Below, piece after piece: positions 25,020-37,645 of a DNA stretch of 64,000 nucleotides (positions are counted from its first letter, which is position 1; the number at the start of each line of letters is the position of its first letter). The notes beneath the pieces were generated by a model. It searched no databases. It was given only the letters and a program-made list of their open reading frames with translations, and was not told where the DNA came from. Both the position numbers and the translations under genes were made by a program. The stretch is from Entomortierella parvispora E1425 (lineage: Eukaryota; Fungi; Mortierellomycota). Location of the stretch: assembly GCA_020891255.1 (NCBI GenBank), contig BQFW01000007.1, positions 2,356,001 to 2,420,000 on the forward strand, read 5' to 3'.

Positions 25020-27668
25020 ATGCTCGGGATCCGCTGCCGACGCACCCCATGGTCGTCCTTTTCCAGCACATTACTAGGCACAGGGTCAGTCGGACGGAGG
25101 CTGACTTTGGGACTTACTCCAGAATCCATCCACACGTCGCGTTGTTGCAGGATCAGCACGCGCTCTCGCCATTCTGATCCGCTTCTTGTGCTCCCACCAA
25201 ACCATACCCGGATAGAGGGCCCCACCCCTCGTCTTTTCTCCAGGAGGCAGCAACAACAATTTTCAACACAAGTTGCCTCTTCTCCTGAACTTCATACCCA
25301 CAACATCAGTCCAGTTGTTAGCCCTATCCAAAGAGCCAGGACAAAAAAGCCTACAACAGCGGCTTCCACAACGACGTCCGCCGCCCCCGCCCCTGTGGTC
25401 AAGATATTTCATCAATGGGACCCACAGATGGACGCCACCATTCTAACACTACACAAGGAACATTACTTTGACTGGCGGACTATCGCAAAAGTCATCGATC
25501 GACCTCATACCACAGCGTACTATAGATACCTTCGCAACATCCAGCCTGCCTTGGAACAAGGATGGGTTCCCCCTCAAATCAAAGATCAAGATCGACTAAA
25601 GAGGCTGATCAGTGAGGCCAGCAGGATCTCGGAAGAATCCAGGGCTTTGACTGCCCAAGCAGCTGCTCAAAGGCGAGCTGTCAACTCTGCTCCGTCAAAA
25701 ACACCCGAAAAGAAAGTTCGGGGCTCCAGCAACAAGAGACGCGTTTGGACAGCGGACATGGATCGACGGATCACAGAATTAGTAGAAGGAGGCAAGACAT
25801 GGCCTGAGATCGGAGAGATTCTCAGTATACCATACTCGTCTTGCTACACGAGATGGTTCTCGACACTGGATCCGGGCTTGAAAAATTTTTGGACAGAAGA
25901 AGCCATTGAGCGGCTAAAGGAATTGGTAAAGCAAGGCGCCAGTTGGAAAGAGATTGGACATGACCTCAAGATTCGACCCATCGCTTGCAGGACCAAATTT
26001 TCCCTGCTGGGCAAGGTTTCGACACCCCTCTCTACCGTTGCCACTAGCATCGACATACCATCAAAGCGCCAAATGCGACAAAAAATCTCTGCGGGCAAAA
26101 CAAACACAGATGCGCGGTCGCCCAAGGTCATGACGTTCTCAGAAAAGGAGTCTAGGCTGATTGTTCAGTTGGTGGGGAAACATGGTCAGGATCGGTGGGA
26201 TCTCGTCTTGAGCGACTTTCAGCTTCAATTACTCGGTTCTTCAGCAGAAAAAACATCCTCGTCGACGCTGGAAACAGGGCAGGACCATACTTCTTTGCCC
26301 AATGAGCCACATTCTCCTGGATTAACTGAGGCTAAAGCTCCTCGTAGCACGATCTCGAGGCGACGGATACAGAGCATCACAGCTGCACTTCTTGAGCACC
26401 AGTATATTCGACTCTCCCGGAACAAGGCTATATGGACGTTTGACCAAGAAACGCGACTCATTCAACAAGTCCTCCGGCGGGGCACGGATGATGGTGCTTG
26501 GGAAGAGATTGCTCAACACTCGGGATTTCATTCTCCAGCTGAATGTCGAAGCCATTGGAAACAACTGGACATGCCTGTCCGATTGAACCCTACACCCTGG
26601 GGAAGAGTGGAGCAGACGTCATTTTGGTCATTGTGGCGACAATTCGGGTCGGATTTCAAAAAGATTTCAAGATTCTGCCTCCACCGATCCGAAGAGGATT
26701 GTCGACAGTTTTTTGAGCATGCCACTCGAAACTTGCCAGATCCAACGCTAGAGCCGGACGAGTTCAGTCAAAAGATTCAAGAGATTCAGGACGGTCTTCC
26801 ATTTGAACGACAAAAGCACTTTTTCACCAAGGAGAGATCACTCAGACTTCAGCGGGCCATGAAGCGTGCGGGAATGCACATCGGAAAGAGAAACTCTTCT
26901 GGATATGGGGGCTGGGAATGGGTGGCGCAATTGGTTCAACCCGGTATGGCAGTCGCACCCTGTGTGGAGCATTGGAACTATCTTCGCAAGAATATGGATG
27001 TAATCTATGGACCGTTAGAGGAAGGGAAAACTGAAATCAAGCCTACAGAGACAAACTGTTGGAGTCATGAGGAAATCAAGCTGCTGGACCAGGGGATTCG
27101 TGACCTATCCTCGTGCTGGAAAGAGATTCAGCAGCGGTATTTGCCATGGAGGACCATGCCGGCGATTCGTCAGCGATGGTTGACCATGTCGGATAGATCC
27201 CTTTTGGTCAATGAGGAAGAGTATTACAAAATCATTGGTGCCGGCTCTTCCGTAGACGAGATCGATTTCGATGCGTTGGCCAAGACGATGCGCGGTTGGA
27301 AACGGTCGCCTTGTAGAAGAGTCTTTGAGACTTCATACAAACACTTGATCGCTCATACCCGATGGACACCTGAGGAGGACCACCTGTTGATCAGAAAGGT
27401 CCTAGAGGAACATGGACGGGACTGGAATGCCGTGGCGAAACATTTCCAAGGCGTCCAGACGGCCAGGGCCACCCTCTTTGGGCATACACCCGCCACTTCG
27501 TCCCTGTCACCTTTTTACCTGGAGGGTCTTCGGGTGCAAAAGACAGCCTGGCAATGTCGGTTGCGATGGAGCCAACTTGTAGAGCCTCTCATGTCAGAAG
27601 GACCTGCGTTGTCCGTCACACAAAAGAGCCGAGCCTTGAGGCTGTCCAAAAAACTCTTGCAGGTGTAA
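25020..27668 (+). CDS. Single-exon multi-Myb/SANT-repeat protein (882 aa) with putative mitochondrial presequence
   Basis: About 10 repeats of the W(T/S)xEExxxL...W..IA...R...C..RW pattern, e.g. WTPEEDHLLIRKVLEEHGRDWNAVAK...QCRLRW. The N-terminus is Arg/Ser/Thr-rich. Confidence 0.88.
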   Translation: MLGIRCRRTPWSSFSSTLLGTGSVGRRLTLGLTPESIHTSRCCRISTRSRHSDPLLVLPPNHTRIEGPTPRLFSRRQQQQFSTQVASSPELHTHNISPVVSPIQRARTKKPTTAASTTTSAAPAPVVKIFHQWDPQMDATILTLHKEHYFDWRTIAKVIDRPHTTAYYRYLRNIQPALEQGWVPPQIKDQDRLKRLISEASRISEESRALTAQAAAQRRAVNSAPSKTPEKKVRGSSNKRRVWTADMDRRITELVEGGKTWPEIGEILSIPYSSCYTRWFSTLDPGLKNFWTEEAIERLKELVKQGASWKEIGHDLKIRPIACRTKFSLLGKVSTPLSTVATSIDIPSKRQMRQKISAGKTNTDARSPKVMTFSEKESRLIVQLVGKHGQDRWDLVLSDFQLQLLGSSAEKTSSSTLETGQDHTSLPNEPHSPGLTEAKAPRSTISRRRIQSITAALLEHQYIRLSRNKAIWTFDQETRLIQQVLRRGTDDGAWEEIAQHSGFHSPAECRSHWKQLDMPVRLNPTPWGRVEQTSFWSLWRQFGSDFKKISRFCLHRSEEDCRQFFEHATRNLPDPTLEPDEFSQKIQEIQDGLPFERQKHFFTKERSLRLQRAMKRAGMHIGKRNSSGYGGWEWVAQLVQPGMAVAPCVEHWNYLRKNMDVIYGPLEEGKTEIKPTETNCWSHEEIKLLDQGIRDLSSCWKEIQQRYLPWRTMPAIRQRWLTMSDRSLLVNEEEYYKIIGAGSSVDEIDFDALAKTMRGWKRSPCRRVFETSYKHLIAHTRWTPEEDHLLIRKVLEEHGRDWNAVAKHFQGVQTARATLFGHTPATSSLSPFYLEGLRVQKTAWQCRLRWSQLVEPLMSEGPALSVTQKSRALRLSKKLLQV

Positions 27669-27839
27669 GCACCACTACCTTGTACAATATTAGAATAAAA
27701 CGAGCATTCATTGTAATTTTCATAATTTGTTTTATTATTCGTTGCGTTGTATGATACAAATGAGCCATGGCCACGGTGATGAAGTAGTTGGATGTACAAA
27801 ATGAGAAAGAAATGTAACACATGATGGGAAAGAACAATG

Positions 27840-30800
27840 TTAAGCGTTTCCGCTCTTGGAGGCAAGACTGAAAAAGATGCTGTCCTTGTTCTGCAACAAG
27901 GTCTCGGGGGTATCAAACTCGGCAACACGACCATGATCCAAGACCAGGATCTTGTCGCTGTCCATGATGGTGTTGATGCGATGGGCAATCGTCAAGACGG
28001 TGCAGCTCTTGAACTCGCGTCGAAGTGCGCGCTGGATCGCGTTGTCAGTCTCGACATCGATCGCAGCCGTGGCCTCGTCCAGACAGAGGACCCGGGTGTT
28101 CTTGGACAACATGGCTCGGGCCAAACTCATGAGCTGGCGCTGACCCAGGGACATGTTCTCACCTCCGTTCTCGATCATGGCCGAAAGGCCATCGGTCAAG
28201 GTCATGACATAGGCCTTGAGCGACGCAGAGTCGAGAGCTGCCCAGATCTCGGCGTCGGTATGTTCACCAAAGGGGTCGAGGTTGGTTCGAACCGAGTCTC
28301 CGAAAAGGAAGGGATCCTGGGGGATAATGGTCAGTCGGGAACGAAGCTCAGTCAAGCCCAAAGTCGAGATGTCGATGCCGTCGATAGAGATTGAACCAGA
28401 TGCTGCCTCGATGATACGGAACAGCGCCAAGGTCACGCTGGATTTACCAGCACCAGTACGGCCCACGATACCAACACGAGATCCGCCTGGGATAGTCAGG
28501 TCAATGTTCTTCAAGACCAGATCCAAGCCCTCACGGTAACGGGTCGAATAATCGGAGAAAATGACCTGACCGTTCTGGGGCCATTCGCCGGGGGTTTTGC
28601 TGTCGGGGATCACATCGCGAGCCTCTGGTGTAAGCATCGAGTACTCTCGGATACGTTCGACCGAGACAATGGAAGTTTCGATCAAGCAAACGGTACTGAG
28701 GATTCGGCTCATGATAACGGTCAAAACTCCAATCTGGGACAAGACGGCCGAGAAGAAACCCACATTGACCGAGTGACGCTGAACAACAGCCATGAGTCCA
28801 ACAATGCAAAGAACAAACGTGCTCACAAAGTCAAGCATGATCTGCAGCCAACGGGTGGTGGCATTGGTCAGGTAACTCGTCTGCTGGGAACGATCAAGCA
28901 ACTTTGTGGCCTGGACTGCGAACCTATCCGCATCTTGGAATGCACGGATTGTGACCAACCCCGAGAGAGTCTCTCCAAAATGGGCGTACATGGGAGAGCG
29001 AGCAGCCGAGTCCAGACGCTTGAGTTCACGGGAGGAAACCAAAAAGAAGCCTCCAAGCCAGTAGTAGCAATAACCGAGAGGGAGCATGATGATCGCAAAG
29101 TAGGGAGTTGCCATGATACAGAGGATAAGGATGTTGAGGGCCATCATGGCGATGAACAAAAAGTTCAAAAACTGCAGCGGCAAGTCCATATCGATGGAGG
29201 TGACATCGTGCGAGAATCGGTTCACAATCTTGCCGGAGGAGGTCACATCAAAGAAACTCATAGGCGAGCGGAGTAGGGCCTTCAACATGGACACGTGCAA
29301 CTGCTTGGAAGCCTTGCGAGCCATGAAGACCATGGTAAACCCAATTGCAAATGCCAACATTACAGCAGAAGCCAAAATCCACCAGAAATAGGACATGATC
29401 CACCAGTTGGTCGAATGCTTTGGTGAAAGATCGAAATTGACCCGCTCGTTGTCCTTGCCCCAGAGCTGAAGCCAGATGAGCGTGGCAATGTTTACCCCAA
29501 GGAACAAGATACAGACGATCAGGAAAGAAATAACGCCTGTGATGCCGACAGTCGACAGGTAGAACTTGTAGACACTCCAGCCAACTCGGCCCTCTGCCTC
29601 AATCTCCTGGTTGACCTCGTCGGAATCCTCAATCACAAGATCGTCCTCTTTGACCTTAACCTTGGAGGACTTTGAGCGCTTGAATACAGGTCGTTCTGCA
29701 GACTTGCCGCTGGTGACCTCAGATGACCCGACTTGCTTTTCATCTGATCCAGATGCCTCGTTTTCCGTGGATTCGTCATCACTGGTCACCAAGGAGTCAG
29801 AGTCAGAATCCTTTTCTTCGTCTTCGCTCTTCTCTTTGCTGGTGGCCACCTTGCTCTCCTGGATCAAGCGGAAAAGGTCGCCATCAATGTCTTGGATCAA
29901 GTCGTCATAGACTCCATTCTGAGAGATCTTGCCAGCCTTGATGACAACAATTTGGTCCACGTCTTGCAAGTGTGAAACACCATTGGTGACCAAAATTCGG
30001 CTCTTGTTGGCCAAGATTGTGCACATGGCTTGCTCAAAGATGTGATGGTCCACGTGGGCATCGACTGCAGACAAAGGATCGTCAAAGATGTAGACATCGG
30101 CATCGGCGTAGACTGCACGAGCAATGGAAATACGCTGTTTCTGTCCGCCAGAAAGGTTGATACCCTGTTTGATAAAAACAATGTAAAAAAAACGTCAGCA
30201 CAGGTCGACTTTGTTGAAAGCAATTGGTTCAAGTATTGGCCATCATGTACCTTTTCGCCGATGACGGTTCTATCGCTATCGACCAACATCTTCAAATCAG
30301 GGATAAGGGCACAGGCGCGGATGGTCTTCAAGTAACGCTCCCGATCATATTCCTTGCCAAACAAGATGTTGTTACGAACAGTGTCATTCAAGATCCAGGC
30401 AGATTGGGCCACATAGGCTACAGAACCGTAGGCATGGACAGTTCCAGAGTAACGGTGCATCTCTCCCAAGAGGGCCCCAACAAGTGATGACTTGCCCTCG
30501 CCAACGCGTCCGACCACAGCCGTCATTGCGCCACGACGGATCTTCAGCTGGATATCATGAAGAACGGGACCCATGCTGTCACGGGTTTCTTCGGTAGTGG
30601 TGGTCACTTCAGAGTCAGTCTTCTCCTCCTGGAGGTTGAGAGTGGTGGAGATAGAGGATTCGATCTCAGACTTTTCACCCCTGATATCTTCAAATGCTGT
30701 CTCGTCCTTCTTGGTGCTGTTTGTCTTCTTGTTCTTCTTTGCGGCGGCAGCATCGGCTTTGGCTTTGGCCTGATCCTCCTTCTCCTTCTTGTCAAGGGCA

Positions 30801-33029
30801 GACTGAATAGCCTCTGGGGTATACCAACCAAAAGTACCATTCTCGATCACATATGCAAACTCGGAAGATTCCACATCCATGTTGCGTTCCACATTGTCCG
30901 CATCGATCTCCTCAGAGTTTAGGAAGACACTGAGACGCCTGTAGGCGACCGTGCCACTGACAATGGCAGAGAGCGACTGGTTGATCATCGAGACGGGATC
31001 CTCCAACATGTTGATCAGAGTAATCGTGGTGAAGATTCTCTGAATATTCAAGGTACCCTCTGAGTTGGCGATGGCTGTGTAGACTGCGAGTGTGGCAAAG
31101 GTGCAGAATGGACCAACAGAGTTCAAGAATGTGGACAGGACGGTGATCCAAGAGTAAAAGAGTCGAAGCTGATCCAATTGAAGGACACGAATATCGACAA
31201 TTTTCTTGAGGAAGTAAGGCTCCCAGGCGTACAGCTTGATGGACTTGATATAGTTGACCAACTCGGCGATCAACTTCATTCTATGGTCAGATGCTTTCAT
31301 CATGGATTTTTGGTACTTGCCAACCTGTGGGTAGCAAACACCAGAGATGGCCATGATCACGACAATGACACCGACACTGGCGAAAAGGGCATATCGAACC
31401 TGGCTCCAGAGCAGAGCCATGGTGACGATGACCTCGACGATCGAACTCCAAGAGAGATGAAGAATGTTGAAAAAGGCCACGACCTTGTCAACATCGGCAC
31501 TCATATGGTTCACAATCGATCCCATGCCCTCTTGCTTGTTGGTCGAGCTCAATTTCAGGGCCTTGCGGTAAATCAACGAGACAAACACACCACGGGCCTT
31601 GAGGGAGGAGTTGTAACAGATGTTCTGGAACTGACCATCAAACAATGACGAGAGCTGGGCGGAGCAAAAGACAGCGATCAAAAGTCCAAAGCCAATCCAC
31701 GCTTCTTGAGGGTCTGGGCCTTGGTAACTGTTGACAAAGGCGATCAAGTTGGAGAACAAGACGGGACGAATATACAACGCAGCAATGTACAGGACACGGG
31801 GGATACAGGCCGACATGAAACCATAGCCGACCGAGTGCAGCACAGTCGAAACCAGGCGGATCTTGCCCTTTTGAGTCTTTTTGGCCTTCTCCAGTGCTTC
31901 TTGCGTGACACCGTCTTTCAAAGCCTGGGCCTCGGCCTCGAGTTCTTCCTTGATCTTTTGAAGAGTGATGGCATCGTCGGCATCCATCTTGGCCTTGGAG
32001 GTCAAGTACAGAGGATAACTGAGCAACTTTGGATGAACGCTGTAGATGTCTTCCATTTTCAAGCTCTTCTTCTTGCCGAGGTTCAACAATGGCAGCAACC
32101 AAAAGAAGGTGATGCGAGTAAAGAAGTTTGCGTAGGGTTCGGGAGAAGGGTTCGATTGAACAATGTTTTCATCCAACACAACCAGCGGCGTTTCCTTGCG
32201 CCTCAGGCTTCGGCGGTTGGGCTTGGGGATGTTCTCGAGAACAAACATCAGGGATGAAAGGATCGAGAAGACCAACTTGAGGACTGGGATCGAATGAGGT
32301 TCCCCGCCACCGCTCAGACCAGTAGGCGACTCTTGCGTCCAAGTGCGTGTGGGGAAGATTGAGATCATGGCAGTGAACAGCCAAAAGACCATCAGTCCTG
32401 CAGAGGGATTGACCATATTGAAGAACTCGAAGTAGTGCAACAATGCCGCGCCGAGCTGTACAGCAGAAGAAAAAAATGAAACCATGTTTTGTAATGAGCA
32501 ATGAGGTCCTCCACTTCAGAGTAGGCGGCGTGCGAACACGCAAGGATGGATCCGGGAATCATCGATTGCGCGTCAAAAAAAAAAGTTGTGCGTTCAAAAA
32601 AATCCTGCGCGTCGGAAAAAAAATCTTACCAATGCAATCAAGTAGAGCGCGGCACTCAGAACTCCTGACGTCGCGTAAGTGTCCAAGGACACAATCTGTG
32701 CGATGATTGCGGCCTGGACACCCATTGCGGCCACAATGGCCAGCATTTTGAGGTAGAAAACCGGGCTGGCCTTAACACCCTCTAGCCGACCTTTTCCCGC
32801 GAGTGTAAATATCCTCGGAGAAAGGGCCACAAGCAACACGACGCTCGGGATCAGTGTCAGCACACTAGAGTCAAAGGTTGGAAAAACACCATTAAATTGG
32901 CTGCCCGGGATCATTGAACCAAAAGGAAAAGATCGTTAATATTCTCTACCTGTCCTGGAAGCACATGGTGAAATCCATGGCACGTCTTTGACTGAAGACA
33001 GCCCACCCTTCTGCGTCACAGAAAGTCAT
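27840..33029 (-). CDS. ABCC/MRP (Ycf1-like, long-type with TMD0) ABC transporter; exons 33029-32950, 32864-32630, 32455-30251, 30164-27840
   Basis: N-terminal FCDAEGW...DFTMCF of TMD0. NBD1 has GRVGEGKSS, LSGGQ and IFDDPLSAVD; NBD2 has GRTGAGKSS, SLGQRQL and LCLDEATAAID. Two TMDs. Three frame-preserving GT-AG introns. Confidence 0.96.
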
Positions 33030-34675
33030 TGTGATATAAGAGCCACGCGTCCGTAAGGGAGGAAGAGCAAGGGAGTATTAGGGAAGAGTATATAAATGAA
33101 GGGAGGTTATATGAATTACAAGTGGGAAAAGGCAAGGAGGGGAGGGTAGAAGCGACTGTTATATAAAAGAGAAACGGGAGCTGAGAAAAGCGATCGATAA
33201 ATATGACTTTGGGGTGAAGAAACTACACGCGTCCTTTTATACAAAAAGCAAAAGCTTCACAAAGACCCAAGAACCTTTGCAGGCACCCAGAATGTAAACA
33301 CCAGCACGCCGAGAAAGATTTGGCCAAGAGAACAAAAAAACCAGGGCAAAAGCGGTACAGTTGTGGGTGCCCTGTGCCTGACTTTCTCGCACCCAATAAT
33401 AAGAGTGGCGTAAACATGGAGCGGCAGACATCCAGCCCTTTTTTGGCAGACAAAGGGCTGGAACCTTCAAACCTTCAAACACGCTTCTCCTGGCCAAGAA
33501 GCGACAACAACACTGCCAAGGACGACTGCTTTTTTTTTGTCCAAGTCTTGAATCGCGGCGGGCAGAATATTGAGAGCACCCTCGGATTTTTTTCCTTGTC
33601 TCTTGGCACGAGCACCTCGCCCTATGACAGCTCACAAAGCTTCCCATCTCTTGCGTTCAGATCTGACGTCTTCCTTGGTCTTCCAGAACCCTCTGGTCGA
33701 ACCCCTTTCTATCCAACAGAAACTGCGGCGCCAAGATCATATCCTCCTGAGACAAACTTCCCGAGAAAACAAACTTCCTCCCATTTGTGCTTCGCCTTGG
33801 TCACACATGGACTTTTGTTCCTGAAAGATCTACACTCTTCTTATTTCCTCTTTTCTCATGAGGGTAGAGGCGACACTCCACCTCTCACAGGGTCGCATAT
33901 TCTCTCTTTTCTTCCTTGATGTGTTGGCAAACAACAACTAGATGATTCAACAGTCTAGTTCTAAAAAAAATCAATACAAGGTTCCATTGGAAGACGCCGC
34001 ACTTCTTTCCGGAGAGTGCGCTCAAGCAGAATAATCAATATGATGAAATGGGGGTGTTTACCGTCATGATAACTGCAGCAAGAAACGGGGGATTCTCCGA
34101 TTGTTACTTCCGCGATCGACCGCGCAGCGACACATGATGTACAAGAATCTTCCCACCTGCACTCCAAGAATCACGCCGTTTTCTCAAGACATCCTCGAAG
34201 AATTCTTCGATCCGATTCATTTTCAAAGAAAAAAAACAGTATGGCGCGCATGCCTTCACCATTTTGATCTGAACGCAACACTTCTTGACTTGTTCAAATG
34301 GCAGACTGATCGAAGCGACCGAGGGATATCTACACGGAAGATCAATAAATATTTGAACATGGCTCTTTCAGAATCGTCGGATAGGCCAATTAAAGGACCC
34401 TTAGAGTGGAAGCAAGCACCATGTTCACAAATCGCGGCACATTCAGCAACTCGAGTCTGCTTGGCCAAACACTTGCCCTTTCTTTGCCACCTCTTCATGG
34501 TAGTGGCGGCCACTGGGCCATATGAGTCCAGAATCCCAGATCCAGACACCCTGCAACGTCGCACGTGACGTAGGAAAGCAGTCCAGATTTAGATGAACAA
34601 CAACACAAAAAAAAGAAAAGATGCACTGCATGCATGGTGCTTGGCCATTTTCCTCTTTACATCACGCACATCATC

Positions 34676-37281
34676 ATGGGAAAGAGATACTCCAGGAAGA
34701 ACAAGGGCAACGCTGGCCCCCGCAAGGAGCGCGATGCCAACACCTCCTCCACCTACCATGAGCTTGTTAGAGAAAACGCCATGCTCGAGGAATACTACAA
34801 GGCCCAGAAGCTGGTCTCGGAGGAGGAATGGCCTACATTCTGGAACCATCTCAAGGTTACTCTCCCCACCACCTTCCGCATCACTGGTACTCGCAGGTAA
34901 GAAGAGGCCTCGAGGATATAAGCTGAGTAAGAGCTGTTGATCTGCTCCGATACTGATATATATTTTTTTAACTCTTTCTCTCTTGCCGACAGCCACGCTG
35001 CTGAGATCCGCGACACAGTGAAGAACGCCTTTGTGCCTCACTTGCGCGACATTTCTGTCGATGGAGTCATTGCTGATCCTCCTCGCCCTCTTGCTTGGTA
35101 CCCTGATGAGTTTGGTTGGCACTTTGATGTCCCCCGTACCCTTTTGAAGAAAAGTGCAGAGTACGCAAAGTTCCATTCGTTCTTGGTCGCTGAGACCGAG
35201 GTTGGCAACATCAGTCGTCAGGAAGCCGTCAGCATGATCCCCCCACTCCTGCTTGATGTCAAGCCTCAGCACTGGGTATGAGACGATTACATCTTTGCAA
35301 CATGTAGCCATGGCGCCTATACCCCATGCTAACATCCTCGTCTCTGTAGGTCATGGACATGTGCGCTGCACCTGGATCGAAAACTGCTCAGATCATCGAG
35401 ATGGTTCACGCCAATGACCAGCCCAAGCAGGTTCCAAGTATGATTCGATTTCATTCTGTGAAGAGCAACAATCGGGTCGTTTTGATCGAGAAAAGCCTAA
35501 CGATTTATTATCTTGGACATTGGACATAATAGCTGGATTGATCTTGGCCAACGACTCGGATTACAAGCGTAGTCATATGTTGATTCACCAGACCAAGCGT
35601 CTTCAAAGCCCTTGCCTCATGGTCACAAATCACGACGCCACCATGATGCCCACCATGAAGCTTGCTCCTAACAAGGAGGGAGAGTCTGTTCCTTTCGAGT
35701 TTGATCGTGTTTTGGCTGATGTCCCTTGCAGTGGTGATGCCACCCTCCGCAAAAACCCAATGGTGTGGAAGAACTGGACTCATGGAGGTGCTATGCCACT
35801 TCACCAGTACGTTCGTATGACAGATATTTTTGCTTGAAGGCGCAGCAAAGGATCAAAACTCACAATTTTGTTTTTTTTCTCTCTGCAGAACCCAGGTCAG
35901 CATTTTGCAGCGTGGAGTTCAGCTTCTCAAGGTTGGCGGCCGTATTGTTTACTCGACCTGCTCTTTCAACCCCATGGAGAACGAAGCTGTTGTCGCTGAA
36001 ATCTTGAACCGCGCCAACGGATCACTCGAGTTGGTGGATGTGAGCCATGAGCTCCCAGAATTGAAGCGCCGTCCTGGATTGTCAGACTGGAAGGTCTTTA
36101 CTCGCGACGGGAAGATTGTGGACAAATTTGAGGATGTCCCTGCTGACGCCGGTGGAAAGTTCATCGCCAGCATGTGGCCACCAAAGAACGCTGCCGACCT
36201 TCACTTGGAGAGATGTCTTCGCATTTACCCCCATCTTCAGGATACCGGTGGATTCTTTGTTGCTGTTTTCAAGAAGACTGCTCCCTTTGTTGTTCCCAAC
36301 CCTGGTCGTGCTGCTGCCGCAGCTGCTCGAGTTGAGCAGTCCAAGGCTTCCACAGAAACTGAGGAGACCACCAAAGTCGAGGCAACCGAGTCCACAACTG
36401 ACTCAATCAGCACTGGCGATAAGCACAAGCTCGATAACGAGGAAGGTGAGAAGGAGGTTGTCAAGAAGCCTCGTATGTCTCGTGCTGAGCGTTTTGGAGT
36501 CGTCAGGAAGGAGGAGCCTTTCTTATTCTTGGACAACAACAATGCCGACATTCAGCTGATCTCCAACTTTTACGGACTTGACAAGGAGTTTCCCACCGAT
36601 CAGTTCTTGGTCCGGTCTGAGGGTGAAAAGAATAAGACGATCTACTTTGTGAGCGAGGCTGTGAAGAGCATCCTCCAGTCTGAGGAGATTCACCGACTCA
36701 AGGTGGTCAACACTGGTGTCAGGACATTTATTCGCCAGGATACGAAGACACCCACGGATTGCTCGTTCCGCGTCAACTCGGAGGGTATTGGCATGATGCG
36801 CCAATTCTTCTCCAGCGCCAGAGTATTAAGCGTCCAGTTGCCGGAGCTCACGATTTTGCTTCAGAACCCATACCCAAAGACAAGTCAGTTTGCCGAGTCG
36901 CTTCAAGAGACGTTGACCAACTGGCCTTCAGGATGCTGTCTGTTCGAGTTTGACCCCGCCTTGGAGCCTAACAAGGATGAGCCCAACCCTCGATGGGAGG
37001 GCCAGGGTATCACTGGATTTGTCAAGGGCAAGATGGTCTTCCCTGTCTGGAAGGCCAACGTCAGTTTCAACTTGTTGTTGAACAAGGAGGAGCGCCGGAG
37101 TTTGGCCATGCGTCTTGGAATCGATTGCGTAGATGCACCTCACGTCATTGAGGGAGGAGCCAAGGGCACGGCTGCCAAGGCTGCCGAGACCACAGATGAC
37201 TCCACCCCTGCCTCTGAGGATGTTTCTACAGAGGCTTCGCCCATGCCCGTGGACGAGGTTGAGCCTGAAGCCACTGCTTAA
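34676..37281 (+). CDS. NCL1: tRNA (cytosine-C5)-methyltransferase, NSUN2/Trm4 family; exons 34676-34896, 34993-35275, 35350-35437, 35533-35806, 35889-37281
   Basis: ISRQEAVSMIPP, motif I DMCAAPGSKT, motif IV DVPCSGD, motif VI VYSTCSFNPMENEAVV, and HLQDTGGFFVAV. Confidence 0.96.
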
Positions 37282-37645
37282 TTCACTGTAAACTTGTTAT
37301 AATAAATATATTGTCACTCCTTCAATACAAAAGTCGCGTTTCGAGGAGACGCGCCGATCAAAACACAAAGAAAAAAAAAGGAAAAGGACTTGCCCATGTG
37401 GATGGTGCTGTCTCCACTTGGAGAAAGAGAGAGAGTGAGAGAGTGAGAGAGCAACACGGCACCCATGTGTTTGTGTGTTTTGTTTGTCAATGGGTCGTGG
37501 CGGGTGTTCAGAAAGCATAAATCAGGACTGACCCGTGGCAAGGAACATTTTTTTCCTTCTTTCGTTCATCCTCCTCACCTTTTGCTTTCCTTTACCCACG
37601 CTTCCGCTCCCCTTTTCTACTCACACCAACCCAGAACAAAACAAC

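Noticed and set aside
27837-32257. Long plus-strand ORFs antisense to the ABCC gene, and similar ones opposite Lon and SPT5
   Set aside because: These are expected shadow ORFs from codon bias on the coding strand.
33950-34568. ORF 34101-34568 and a small hairpin with an ATGATGA box between the ABCC gene and TRM4
   Set aside because: No domain motifs, a TTG start, and no properly placed box D. This is most likely promoter sequence.
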